Below, piece after piece: positions 1 through 13,500 of a stretch of 64,000 bases of DNA (positions within the stretch are counted from its first letter, which is position 1; every line of letters starts with the position of its first letter). Source of the DNA: Tubulanus polymorphus (lineage: Eukaryota; Animalia; Nemertea); assembly GCF_964204645.1 (NCBI RefSeq), contig NC_134036.1, positions 10,271,859 through 10,335,858 on the forward strand, written 5' to 3'. The translations under genes and the position numbers were made by a program. Below the pieces are notes generated by a model. That model was not told where the DNA came from. It saw only the letters and a list, made by a program, of their open reading frames with translations, and searched no databases.

Positions 1-175
1 CACGTGAAAATCAAGTACGACATCAAGTACATACAGTCCAACGAACTCACGCTGCATGTGGCGGCCAGAGTTTGCGGAGATGCTGCGGAAGCTTGTGGGA
101 AGGAACTAGGCTACGAGAAATGCGGGGAAGCCCACATGGATCGTAAGGGCGGAGTGACGACGGAGGAGGCAGACA

Positions 176-496
176 ATGCGCCACTGCCAGTGTAGGGAAG
201 AGGGAGCACGTACATCTGAGAGCGCTCCAGTTGCTAGTTCTAAGTACGTACTACAGTCCGAGTACCCGTTCGCCAGGAATCTGGCGGATGTGTTCTGCTA
301 CCTGGCTAAGTACAATAAAGACAATGACAATGTGGTCCGTGTAGTGTTTAAGCGAGCTGGCGCGGAGCGCACCCACTGGTCGGGAGACAGGAAGGATGCA
401 GACATCTTGCCAACCAAGAACGACATCAATGCCAGAATCACCGGGGAAGTCCGAGCCAAAATTAGGGCAAAGACGATCCACGGGAAGTTATGGTAG
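176..496 (+). CDS. Possible 3' part of an unknown gene entering from the window edge, convergent on the recombinase gene
   Basis: The first 500 bp are GC-richer and look coding (ORFs 4-195 and 176-496). No motif was recognised. Confidence 0.25.
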   Translation: MRHCQCREEGARTSESAPVASSKYVLQSEYPFARNLADVFCYLAKYNKDNDNVVRVVFKRAGAERTHWSGDRKDADILPTKNDINARITGEVRAKIRAKTIHGKLW

Positions 497-1590
497 GCGG
501 AGAGGGGCAACGCCACCTTTGCTTGGCTGACCACTAAGTCGAGGAATTACACATCGGAAACGGTGTGTGATATAATGTCGATGCAAGATGGAACCGTTCG
601 GACTGCCTACTGGCAACACCGGCTTGCAGGCTAATAGGGATGAGTAAAAGGTGGGGGGTCGATGTGCGTAAGGGCCAAATCGATTTCTCGAAACAGCTCT
701 CCGGCCGGAGGTGTCGGGTTTGGAGATTTGAACTACCGGTCACGCGTTAAGGACCCCACAGGGAATCTACACACGAGAAATGGGCGTCGTTTGACGTATG
801 CTTCCGGAGATATTTCGTTTATTTTACAGCACTGAAAATGTTTTAACCCTCCCAAACGGTACCCGGCCTATTCATGAGACCCAGCTCACGTTAGTAGCGG
901 ACGAGGCCTCTAGACGCCGCCCGAGTTCGTTAGGAGTCCGTGCATGCGTAGCACGACGCGTTAGACCCCAGGGGTCGGCCCCGGGACCGAGTACTCGAAA
1001 AAGGCTTTTGATATAGAGTGTGCAGAAAAGCAATCCGGTTAGAGGGATCCCTATACTGACAGCCTCTAAGTAGAATGTGTCTAAAGTCCATCCCATTAGA
1101 AGTATCCCTATTCAATCCGGTTCGAATCCCGGATTAGTGATTTTCTTTTTAGGATCAAAATCGTTAAAATTCCTCATTTTTCAGATGTCTCCTGGTTTTT
1201 GCTAGAAATCCTCCTTTGATGACCGAAAAGTGATAACAATAAGAGTGAAATTCGATATGTCTATTTCATTCATTTAAACATTTCTGAGGTACTGCCTCAA
1301 TTTCAATTTTTCAACACGATACTTTTTCACGATTCTTTGTATGTCTTTGATTTTCTCAGCGACTAGCATTATTTTCCAGGCCGGTAAGTACGTTTTAAAT
1401 GCGGCGCGAATCGCCTTCACCTCATCGGTCGTGTATCTGGTTCGCTTTCTTACGCACTGCAAAATAAAATGGATAAGAATGATCCTGGAACTTTCTTGGT
1501 TGGCGAAAACAAATAAAAATGAACTTACCACCGATACATCGGTTGTACTTGATGAGGCGGTCACATTCTGTTCTCCATCAGAACTGTCAT

Positions 1591-1677
1591 GTTCGACATC
1601 TTCGGTTGGTTGACCTCGTTCGACATCTTCGGTTGGTTGATCTCGTTTGACATCTTCGGTTGGTTGACTTCGACATC
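1591..1677 (-). repeat. 27-bp coding tandem repeat (about 3 copies) in the YR C-terminal linker
   Basis: GTTCGACATCTTCGGTTGGTTGACCTC repeated; encodes QPTEDVxxx on the minus strand. Confidence 0.85.
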
Positions 1678-2663
1678 TTTGGTGCCGACATCTGTGCCTG
1701 TGTCTTCCGGGGGCACTCGTTCCAGCCTCCGATTCGATTCTAGCCTTGTTCTTCAACACACCTGTTTCGAGCTGACAAAAAGAAAGAACTGGTTATGCTT
1801 GGTGAAACAAAATTGTGTCTACTACAGCCAATATGCCTACCCCGAATGTCCGTTTAACTGCCTTTCTTACATCGATGGTCCCCTTGTGGCCATCCTTCAG
1901 GTTGCAAAAGCTATATGCGGTCTTTTCGCTGTGCAGCATATAGTGGGCCAATTGTTTTCGCAACTCCGGATTCTTGTCCGCCATAGCAGTCATGATAGAC
2001 TTTCGGATCGCAGGAGTCACCTGTCTCTTGCCAATTGTTGACTTCACGTACTGTTGTAATGGTCTGAACATATCATGAATAATTAGTTGCTGAATTTCAT
2101 TTCCTAAAATGATTGATAAAATTACTGACCGATTGAGGTAATCGGATGGTAGAAGACCTCCCTCGTAGTTTCGCCAAATCTTTTTGTCCGGTTCTTTGGC
2201 GTATCGCTTGGCGAATGATCTAAGAAATGCAAATGGTACGGATTCAAGATGAATCAAACCGGCTCCGTACTTTGCCGTTGTCTTGTGCGGTAAAACCTGA
2301 AAAAGAAAAAAGATAATAATCCCTGAATAGTTCAGATACTTTGAACAATGAATGGGCTATACTTTGATCGTATATGTACTGTCAGCATCTTCCTTTGCAT
2401 CGTTTATTGTGCTAGATGTTATGCCTACGGCAAGCGAAGGGCGGCTCGCTCCTAGTGCTGTAACCACGAACAAGAGAAAGTTCCGTACTGTGTCGTATTC
2501 CTCTGCATTCAGTGAAGCCGTCCGTTTCTGCAAAAGTTCTACTGCCGCTTTCGATGTTTCAGATTGCAGTATTTTCTTCACGTCGTCACCGTCAAGCAGT
2601 AGTTCTACAAAAAAGGTTAAACATGTGTTAACAGGAAAAATTCATCCTTAGTCCTTGCATGCA

Positions 2664-2726
2664 ATGTATGTATGTATGTATGTATGTATGTATGTATGTA
2701 TGTATGTATGTATGTATGTATGTATG
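2664..2726. repeat. (ATGT)n microsatellite, probably intronic
   Basis: Perfect ATGT run. Confidence 0.95.
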
Positions 2727-2927
2727 CCCACTTTGCTGCTTGTCATGGACTTCGTGCTGCCTAGCTTTTGAATCCTTTCGTAACTTCTGGGCGTACGTAG
2801 CTAGACGCATTTCGACACGATTCAATGTGTGTTGTCGAATACCCGATACCTTGTGTCCACGCTGGAAATCAAAAGTTTCATCAATATGTAGCATGTTATG
2901 TCGGGTGTGCCGGATTTCTTACTTGAC

Positions 2928-3100
2928 GGTGCACACGTGAAGGGAAGTAGACAGTGCACATGGGAAGGAAAGTAGACGGTGCAAAAGGGAAAGGCTAGGG
3001 TAAAAAGTTTTCCAAGAAGACGGTGCACAAGGGATGGGAAGTAGACGGCGCACAAGGGAAGGGAAATAGACGGTGCACAAGGGAAGGGTTTTAGGTGCAA
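2928..3100. repeat. Degenerate minisatellite built on GGTGCACAAGG
   Basis: About six irregularly spaced ACGGTGCACAAGGG-like cores. Confidence 0.8.
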
Positions 3101-4002
3101 CATCCTAGAGGGAGTAGAGGGAGGTCCATGCATTAATACTCACATCGAGAATGAATTGGATTAATCAATTCTTTATGGTATGAACATAGGCCTTCAGTGA
3201 CCCCGGGGTGTTACCGCTGTCTTTTTCCGCTTCCAACTACGTTTTGAGGCTTTAGTTTGCCATTGCAAAAATTCAGCAACTGGCAACTATCGCGCACATA
3301 AGCCTCTGAAGTTTTCTTCTCCTCAGCCATTGGGCGAAGCCATTGTAGGAATTCCTCATCAAAATCTATCAGACAAATAAAAAATAGGTCATCACGAACA
3401 AACACAAGAGTAAAATATGTAGGACTTACCCTTTTCATCGGATGGACTTTCTTCATTCGTTTAACATTGTCTTCCTCTTTCTCTTCTTCCTCCTCTTTAC
3501 CACTTTCCTCAGTCACCTCACCCTCCTCCACATTACTTTCATCTGCCTTCTCTTCTTCATTGCTTTCATCTCTATCTTTGGGACTAGTTTCTTCCACTTC
3601 TGAATCAGAATATTTCACTTCCGAATCTGAATCTTTCACGGAATCACTGCTCTGATCTAAAGATAAAAACGAAAGATGGTAATTCGATAACTTTTTCATT
3701 TGCAAAGTCAATAGCATCTGATGTTACCTCGCGATAGACATTTAGAATGGCTTGAAGGAAATCCGCATTTTCTACACTGAACCATTTATCTCCGCTTGTT
3801 ATATGGGGCTATGGTCTTGTATTGCGTCTTTGTGACGTCTTCCTCTATTCTCCGATTCCAGTTTCTGGATCGAACACGCCCCCACTTGTGGCCGACTCTG
3901 AGGTGCTGCGGCATGTGTGTCTTTGGCCGCGTGCAAACGGGGCAAGCATGTTTGCGCCGCTGTAGAAATAAAGAACGTGAAAATGTATGAAAAATAAGCA
4001 GA

Positions 4003-4427
4003 GGGTGCACAAAATTAGGGTTAGTGAAGATTTCTAAGTAGATGGTGCACAAGGTTAGGGTCAAACGGTGCGCAAAGTCCACTGAGTGTCCACAAGGTTA
4101 GGGTTAGTAGTTCAAGTTTCAAAAAGAATGTGCACAAGGCTAGGGAGTAAACGGTGCACAAACGCCGGGAGCTAATATCAGTATACGGTGCACAAGGGTA
4201 GCGAGTTAGGGTAAAGCGGTGCACAAGGTCGGGGTTTGCGAGGTAATGTAAGTATAAGGTGCACAAACGCCGGGGGCTAATATCAGTGAACGGTGCACAG
4301 GGGTAGGGGGTTTTGGATTAAAAGGTGCGCAAGGTCCACTGAGTGTGCACAAGGTTAGGGTAAGTAGTTTCAGTAAGTAGAAGGTGCACAAAGTTAGGGT
4401 AGGGGGTTCGGGTTAGGAGGTGCACAA
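4003..4427. repeat. Degenerate GGTGCACAAGG minisatellite with interspersed TTAGGG motifs
   Basis: More than ten GTGCACAA/GTGCGCAA cores, several followed by GGTTAGGG; lies between predicted YR exons. Confidence 0.8.
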
Positions 4428-7400
4428 CGTTCAACGATTAGAGGGCCAGTCCATGGATAACAATAATATATCTACGCACTCTTATGCCTTTTGATCCTTT
4501 TTTCGGTTCGTATCGTATTCTCGGTCGACCCTGTTGACTCGTTTTCGCCTGGCTTTTTCGGCGTGGATGTCACTATTACCATTTTTGAAAGTCCGGCTAT
4601 AAACGTATTTACATAATCTTAATTGATTTCTATAATGCAATATTAGGTTACGGTTATTCACGAATACAAGCTGGAAACACTAAACAAACTAATCTTCAAG
4701 CATAAAACTTCAAATAGTTATTAGATCAGAAAATGAAACGAGAAAGTGTTCGAATCGCATTCAATTCGCGTACCGATCAACTCGTTTTGCATCATTTTAT
4801 CGCGCATTCGCTCCATCACTGAAAATAAGTGCCAGTTATTATGTTCAAGCGCAATACAATAAAGTAAGTTCCTACAGTGGAATATGATGTTACTTACGAT
4901 CCTCGTCTCCATTAGTATATTGCTCCTCGAGCCTGGCAAGTGCCGACGCAATATTCGGGTTTACGTATGTTACTGCAAACAAGCACAGTTTTTTCAAGTT
5001 AGATTTGCACAAAAGCCAAAAGTACAAAAAAGTCATGTAAACGTCAAATGAACTAACTGTACTGCGTGGCGATTATTTCGCAAACACGAGGCTGCAACTT
5101 CTTAGAAACCACAGCAATACCTTCTGATAAATAGACATAATACTAATAACCACTTGAAATTCTCATGTACACAATTTCTCAACCTTAACTGAATAAACTT
5201 AAAATACTATGGAAGAAGCTAAACTTGTCTCTTCCTTTAAACAGAACTTTTCAGAGTTCCTAAACATTTTTCAATGTTTTATCAATCAACATATTATACT
5301 CTAACGTAGGAATTAGAGGGCACTTGACCTTTAACATTGTTTCTTAGATTATGTTGCAAAGCATCCTGTAATGCTAGGTTTCCAGGTAACCGAAAAACCC
5401 AGTTTTTTCATCATCTGAAAGCGAAGCCGCATGTCAGGCGTTTACATTCATATTATGTGAAAGCAGTCACCCGTCTTTACACCTGCAGATGCAGACGACA
5501 TGTTTGTAGCCATAGCAACACAACAATGGACAGGTTGGTGAGTTTCCATGACAACGAGTAAAGTAGGTTCCGCGACGGGCTTTCCAAGACAAGTCCACGA
5601 AATGTATAGAGGTAGAGCGAGAATATTAAGATGGAAGAGCAAGTGGTGTGGGCGAGTGGTTTCGTTCCCACGAAGAGATCTTTTCCTTAAACCAATATCA
5701 ATTTTTCACCGGGTCTCCGTTAAACCTGCTACTGGTCATCGGAAATACGAACCATACTTCTTTCGTTTTTTTCCCTGGACCCAATTCTACAATTTATGTA
5801 AAAAAGCCACATAACCGTAATCATTTGCTCCCTTAATCACCCATCCGCCCTAAACTGCTCATCCACTCTGCATATGAACGTATTCACCAGTGGGATTCTA
5901 AAGATTTCATGTTTTCTTCTAGGACTCTCTTGTAAACGTCATCGTGAATCCTGGACGTGCAGGTGTTCAAGTGAAATTCATGTGGATTGATATCAGTTCT
6001 ACATATCGGTCAATTTACCGGACTATTAGTGAACTAACCGGACTACACGTGAACTAACTGCACTAGTGGAATAGCCGAATTATGCGATCTTGATCTTGTG
6101 ATCACTAATAGTCAACTTACCAAACTTCGTTAATTGATACTCGCAAAAATGGTCAGCGGTGGACTCTTTGAAGGTTGGGAACTCAGTGTGTGTATTTGTG
6201 GAATTTGGTGAATCTTTAACTCCGAGACAAGACAGGAGACGTGTGTGAGTAGAATTTTTTGTTTGGACTTTAAAAAAATCAATCATGAGCAAGCAGTTAT
6301 CTATTAAAACCTAAGTGTTTGCTGAATTTCAAAATTCTGAATTGTAAATTGAGTTATTTGCAGCAGCCTGTAATTGTGTTGCGGGAATTGTAATATGGGG
6401 ATTTAGTAAGAGCATCAATTTCTATGTAAAATAGAGTATTTGGCAACATTAGGTTAACAATTATATCTGATCAAAATGATTTTGATCAAAATTTGTGACG
6501 AAAATTAGCGGGTCAAAACACGAAATCTAGAATATCGAATCGTAATATCAAATCGAAAAAAACTAACTGCATATTCGTTATTATTGGAATCTCTCATCAC
6601 TATGATGAATGAGCAGCAGCCTTTCTAGCTTTGCCTTTGTCCTTGAGCTTGTTGATGCGTTCGGCTTCGAAGGATACGACAGCATTATGACAGTGGGTGC
6701 GTCAGAGCAATCTGTCCTGGGCAGAACGTTCCCATGTCTCAAGTGTCCATACCACTGGCTTTGAGTTGACGCTTGAGTGAGTCCTTGAAGCGGAGGCGTG
6801 GGCGGCCAGTGTTACGGCGGCCATGACGCAGTTGGCTGTATAGAAGGGCCTTGGGTATCCTGCTATCATCCATCCGTACAAGGTGACAGCACCAGCGGAG
6901 TTGAGCTTTCATGATATTTGCCTACGCCAGTACAGCCACATCTCTCAAGCACGGTTGTGATCGGTACATAGTCCTGCCTTTTTATTCCACAGATGCGCCT
7001 TAAGCAACGCATGTGGAAGCTATCAAGCTGCTTAATGTGGCGCTTGTAGATTGCCCAGGTCTCGCAGCCAAATAGCACGGATGAGAGTACTGTCGCTTGG
7101 TACACATGGATCTTGTTATACAGTCTGATGCCATGATCATTCCAGAGTCTCTTATTGAGTCTGCCGAATGCAGTGCTGGCTTTGGCAATGCGTAGGGCAA
7201 TATCTGCATCAAGGCTTGCATCATGACTCATAATGCTGCCCAAGTAGCAAGACAATCAGGACAATCTACTGCATTCAGGGTGTGACCATCGACGGTAATG
7301 GCTGGTGGTACATAGGGCTGCCCTGGGGCTGGCTGGAACATCGCTTCAGTCTTGGTGAAGCTTGTAGTCAGTCCAAATGCTTTTGCTGCTGCAGTGAACC

Positions 7401-7568
7401 TGAAGCTGGATTTCTTCCGGGGTGTGAGCTGACAAAGCGCAGTCATCAACGAACAGTAGATGGCGAATGATCATCTCGAACACCTTTCGTTTAGCAGAGA
7501 ACCGACGGAGATTAAACAGTTTGCCATCGGTTCGAACTTGCAGGAAGACACCCGTGTCCAGGTCTTTA

Positions 7569-10500
7569 TGCACCCGTCAATGAAATCCCTGTACCCCCCT
7601 ATATAGGCATTCGATTATAAATAATTTTCATACGTCAGGCATTCGACAATCCTTCACCAGAGTGTGATTTTAAATAGTCAGGTATTCTACCAGTGTAAGA
7701 TTCCTTGCCATATAACTTACACATGCCATTCGCTCATGGTTCGACTCAACATCATAATCACCTGTGTAGGCCATTCGACAGTCATGCGATCATAGCAGGC
7801 CTAGTAGAACAGTTAAAGAGGCATACTCTACAGGTATTCGACATCATCTTCTATGACCCCGAGGCAGGGGTACATAGCCGCATCTTAGCTGATAAGATTC
7901 TTCATGCCAGCAGTTCCAGCAGATAACAAACAAAACCCTACCTTTTCAGCATGCTACTAATAACACTAACATCCATCCATTTTTGCAGTGATGTAGCCTA
8001 GGGGCTCTAGTCTGGCCAATTAATACATATCATTTCTTCATTTCAGTGGGTGTTTATCACAATTGCCCCAAAATGTTCATGAATTATTTCTGGCAAATGA
8101 TAAACACAAGGCTACATTACGAAGATATATATCCTAGAGGCTTGTTGTTCTTGCTAGATGCTTGGACAACCAGTTGATGAAAGCTACTAGAATAATATCT
8201 CATTCATTAAACTAACCTTCGTTGTGCTATAATCATCGAGTTATTCTGCTCTGATGATGATGCTGTATATCCATTAGATAGATAATAAAATTCAAAGAAT
8301 ATTGTTGTCTTGATGATATTTTAGTTATAGTTACCTCTTCACTATAATAGATGCGTATACTAATGCATGTACAGCTGGCCCACGGCTCGATGAAGCACCC
8401 TAACCACCTTTCTATGATGGAGACATGAAATGATTTAAATTATACTACAATAGTTTTCAATCTCTAGAAAGTTACAGAGCTTCTGGCAAAGTTGATTTCA
8501 AATTTAATTTCTTAATTCTAATTCTTGGATGTCTCTATCATAATAGGGCCGAAACACAATGCAAGGAGTTAATTATTTCTCATTTTAACCGATTTTGGTT
8601 GACACAACTTCCTGCATTGTGTCAGCAGAATGAAAAATTTCTCTGTCAGAAAATTAGAGTTAATATAACTACGGTATGAAACTTTATTGATCATCTATTA
8701 AAATGAATCCCCATTGGGGCATCATAAAATTAATTTTATAAAATTAAAATATAAATTCAACAAATCTTATTGTATTCTAATTGGTTAAATGCAAAATTAT
8801 CAATTATTTAAATTTCAACTGTTTCCTGCCAGAACGTATTATCATCTACAATTTCACAGTTCAAGAAAAATGCATAGGCTAAAACTGTTTAAATTTGTCA
8901 CTTGTTTTGATAGATGTTAAGAGTACGTATAATACTTTAACCAAGAACTTTAAATTTACCCAATTAGCAGATCCCACTTCCGACAGGCAACAGTTGAATC
9001 CTTGGTCATGAGTAAGTATCACCCTTTTTCGATTCTACTCATCTTCCCCTACCATATGCTCAAATGCAGAATATAAAAGAGATATCAAATAGTATACAAT
9101 TAATAAGATTCCTCACACTGTTCATCACGGATATTAAACCAATGGTAACACTACACTTCACAATACAGAATTTCACATCCAAGGTTATGATACAGTAATC
9201 TTAGTATTAGAATTCAAGAGCATTACATAATACATGTATTCTCACAGTTCCCTGAGAAGTTACGTCACCAAAATTATGAAAAGAAAAAAATATCTATTTT
9301 GGGCTGGAAATAAAAATTAAGTGCACGATCCTTGCACAACATACATGTATAGGCGGCAGTTCCCTGAGAGGCGAATATGTCGCCAAAACAGAAAATGCCC
9401 ATTTTGGCTTAAAAATGCTTAATCCTAAGCCAGAATAGTATAAATCTGTGATTCTGAACCATCAACTGACAAAATTGAGACAGTCACAACTTTTTAAGGT
9501 TGATACGAGGCTTCAAAGGTCTTACTTTACCACATCATGCCCATGTCTGAAATCAAAATAAATGACAGTAATCAATCACATCAGTTTACCGCCAATTATT
9601 AAGCTATAGAGGATGATGGGTTTCAGTGACCCGATGCATGAACCAATTTCCACATATCCAAAATATTTTTTACAGGCTCTTCAGGACTATCCGAAAACAT
9701 TGACATTTTTCCAAAATATTCAAGTCGGGTCCATGCACACAATCACAGAATTTCTTTGTCAATGGTATAGAAATCCACACTATCATAATAACATATATAT
9801 TGATAATTTAACCTTTAAAATTTATAAAACTTTTAATCCCTACGAGTTGCTCGTGTTAATGCAGCTTGAATAGCTCCTTGAGACCTAGAAATAGCTACAA
9901 GCCTGAGATGTTCTATTTCATATTTGACCATTGCTTCGCTGATACAGAGGCGTGAAGCTAGCTCCTTGGCTTTTTGGTCATTTATCTGGAAATCAACTGG
10001 TTTCACCTGTGCGTGCCCTCGAATCTTTTTGGTTTCATTTTTGAAATAGTTTTTCAATACTTCGCTGGGTAAAGTATCATTTGGATCTATTTTCTGGTTG
10101 GTACGCCATATGTCATACAACTTGTCCCATTGTAGATAGTGTCCCGTGCATACTGGCTTACATTTGTTGCACATTTCAGGTAAGCGTTGCTCATCTTTCA
10201 ATGGCCACGGTATGAAGTTTATAGGAGGGCCATCTTTGAACCAAGAGAAGTCCTCAATTTTCTTATCTGAATATCTGCTGCACATTGGATGAATGCATTC
10301 CTTTTGGAAACAGCACATGAGAATATAGGTGTACTTGGAGGAAGGTTGAACTTGGTGTGTAGACATAATTTTACATACATCAGCAAAATGGTTGAGTAAA
10401 TCGCTTTCTTGGCCATTGCTTTGATCAATTAACCGCTGTCTCGCTTCAGTTCCAGATTTCAGAAAATTAAGGAGTAAATCCCTGCGTTCCTGATAATCAA

Positions 10501-13500
10501 CTGCCCTTTGATCTGTGGCACAATTATACATGAGTATAGGCTTGTTGTTAAATAAAGCACCATTTACACGTTCAACATAATAGTCTGCAGCAGCACGTTG
10601 ATTTCTGGCAACCATTTCATCATCTATCTTTCCTGTTTGAGGATTTTTGTTTCGTCCAAGAATGTTGGATGGAATAAATAGATTAGTTGCTGCCCTGCCG
10701 ATTTCTCCATTCAGCCTCTCAACCTCGTTTAAATAACTGTTTCCACTACAGCGAGTGGTTACCATGGTTACCAACTTACTTTGTTCCAAGTGCCATTCGG
10801 CCCAGATGAACTGATTCTCTAGGTGAGAAGGACTTTCATCATTGCCCCCATCAACGCGTATGCAATCAATGGGTTTATCGAAACGGCCTTTAAATTCTGG
10901 TTGATCTTTCAACATTCTGAGGTCTGCACTATGCTGAGATGCATTTTTCGCTGTAAGTTTGACCACACCAGCATATTGATCATCAACAGTAGAATCATTG
11001 TGCCCAGCAAAATAATATGATGAAGTTTGTATTACTGACTGTTCTTTATTTGTAAAATCAGTCCTGGTTGCCATGTCTACGTTGTCTTGAACCATCAAAG
11101 ATCTGTGCTTTGCTGATGTGGTCAAGGTGTCCAGTCGGTGACCAGTTGTGTCGTCACGGTTTATGTAGAGTATTTCCTTGGGGTTATTTTTTTGAAGGGT
11201 GTCAAGACTTTTATAAAGAGCGTTTGACCATTTTTCATCGACATCGAGCTTGATGTCAAACCCCTTCCTGGCTCTCCTGCTTCGAATATTTGCCACCCCT
11301 TTATACCTTTCAGCCGATTTATTCCTTCTATTTTTTGGATAACATAACTGGACTAATGTCCCATGACTGATTTTTTCATTAATTTCTTCAGACACTTTTT
11401 TCCGTAGTTTCTCGAATGTCATCTTTTGTCCTATGTGTTTTCTTTCCCATGTAAGGCTTCCGGAGGATCTCCACTTATCAGCTCCCACACCTGATTTTCT
11501 GACGCATTCCTCTATGAACTGTCCAATGTTTGGATGTCGCTGTAGTATTGTTTTAGCTTTCCTCCTGTATTTACGCCCACATGTTCTCATTTCGGACTTT
11601 TTGCGCTGAATGCGTCGCTGCATTTTAGCTTTAATCTTCTTACGATGATTAATAACAATACTACGGAAAGTAGGATCTGATACACCTTTCATATTTGACC
11701 AGTCGACAGTCTCTTCTTCGGATGATGAGCTACTTAATTCCAAAGGAAACGAGTTGTCCTCCAAATTGCCATCATTTTTGTCTGAATCCTCATCAACAAT
11801 ACTCCCTATTTCTGTGTCTGAGTCCATATTATACAGTAAGTTTTCATCATCACTGATACCATTGGCACTGAGAAATACTTTGTCTTCGCAAATGGCTAAC
11901 TTGTTATAAATACCAACCAATTTCTTATGCTCGAATATGGCTTCATCTATGCGCCTCTTATCAGTGGTAACATGAAAAATCTCTCTCGACTTACGAGTGC
12001 CTAGACCAGTAGTGGCTGCATAGGAAATCAGTTGTCTATCAATTTCCGAAGATGCTAGTGCCTTCAAGTCTCTTAGTTTTTCTAAGGTAAGACCAGTAAA
12101 CGAGGATGTTGGCTTCTGTCTCTGTATCAGCCCTAGTTTTTCTAGTGTTAAATAAAGCTTGGAGTAATCGATCTCTGGATCTTTTTCTACTACGTATTTG
12201 GTGGTTGCACCATTGATAACAACACCGAGATTATCCCTTCCTAATGTCAAAATAACTACAGGCAATCTTAACAAGAACATATCGAAATTGTGGGGTGATA
12301 AATTCTTTTTACAAACATTTCTAATCTGTTCCATGGTTACAGGCTGATTTTGTAAGATATATTGAGCAACTTTTAATTTCTCTGGGCAAGAACAGTTTTC
12401 ATGATTTTCTGACTTGCAAATGGAACTTGTTACTGATATGAATTTATCCAATGTTAATTTTTTAAATGGAGAGATCTTGACATCACCATTAATGAGAGGA
12501 ACACCACTTCGTTCAGAATAATATATACTCTGACTTACCTGGTCATCAGTATCATAATCATTGTGATATTCATTGACAGAAAAGTCCACATAGTTGTGAT
12601 CGCTCTGATGGCCAGAAGTACTCGGTTGAATATCGGTTGTAGCAACCTCTATCACTGAAGTTGCTTCTGGAATGAGCTGCTGGTCAAGAGGAATTATATC
12701 ATCGGATGAACCACTGGTACTGTTACTCGGCTTTGTAATAGTACAGGACTTCCTTTTAGCTAAGCACTTTTTGTCAGTTTTCGCTTTTCTCTCAGCTTTA
12801 TTGATTAAGTTGCATTTTCTTATAAGCCCAAATTTTTCACTTGATAAAACCTTAATTTTATCCTGAATAGACTGGGCATCTTCCCATTTCTCATGGGCAA
12901 TTTTTGACTTTAACGAGCCCTCTAAAATTTTAATGTCTGTTTCCAAATGTTCAACTTTTTTCAGTTTTTCAGCTTTGACCTCAGCCCTTACAGCGTTATT
13001 AAGCCACCGTTTTCGTTTTCCTGGATTCTCGGGTCTCTCTACCAATTTTGATTTGGTATAACCTTTCTGAAATTTGTATGTCTCATTTACAATTTTTCTT
13101 GCCTTAGTTAATAATTCACCTTTTTTATCCAATAGGTCTGGTTGATCTAAAGCTAATCCCTCACACGTTTTGTTAATCTGTTTATAGTAATTCGCATTTT
13201 TCCCGTCTCAGGATATATCTTTGAAGATTTCTGTACCCATGACATTAAATTGTATGGTAATTTTTGTTGTTTCAACAACATGATTGGTCTCGGCTCCAGA
13301 ATAGGGTCAGAACCTGCAATATGAGAAAAAATACAGAAAATATATCACATTTATCAAAATACATTGTAGGCCTATATTTAAATGTATCATATATATCACA
13401 AAATACAAAGTCCCAACAAGGTGGTGCAACCGATAATCGAATCAACTTGAATCTAAATAGCAAACAACAGGGATCACCCTGAACATGTGTACCAAGTTTC

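Larger units (their letters stand above)
1274..4582 (-). pseudogene. Multi-exon tyrosine recombinase (Crypton-like YR) with N-terminal C2H2 finger, acidic tract and C-terminal Myb/SANT-like domain; probably inactive
   Basis: Exons read on the minus strand. Putative ATG at 4582 (MVIVTSTPKKPG); zinc finger CPVC...HLRVGH (~3890-3960); Glu/Asp-rich exon (~3430-3657). YR motifs: GASRP (Arg), PHKTTAKYG (Lys), IRKS, and MLHSEKTAYSFC (His; expected Tyr is TGC at 1904-1906). C-terminal RTRYTTDEVKAIRAAF. GT-AG introns separate the blocks. Confidence 0.75.

Noticed and set aside
2628-2940. ORFs with YIHT / CMYV repeats
   Set aside because: Translations of the (ATGT)n microsatellite; only part of the minus-strand frame is a real YR exon.
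4678-4695. CACTAAA as the missing left end of the CACTA element
   Set aside because: The match to the 21040 terminus stops after 7 bases.
5280-6300. Several short ORFs, possibly a decayed TE gene
   Set aside because: No consistent frame or recognisable motif.
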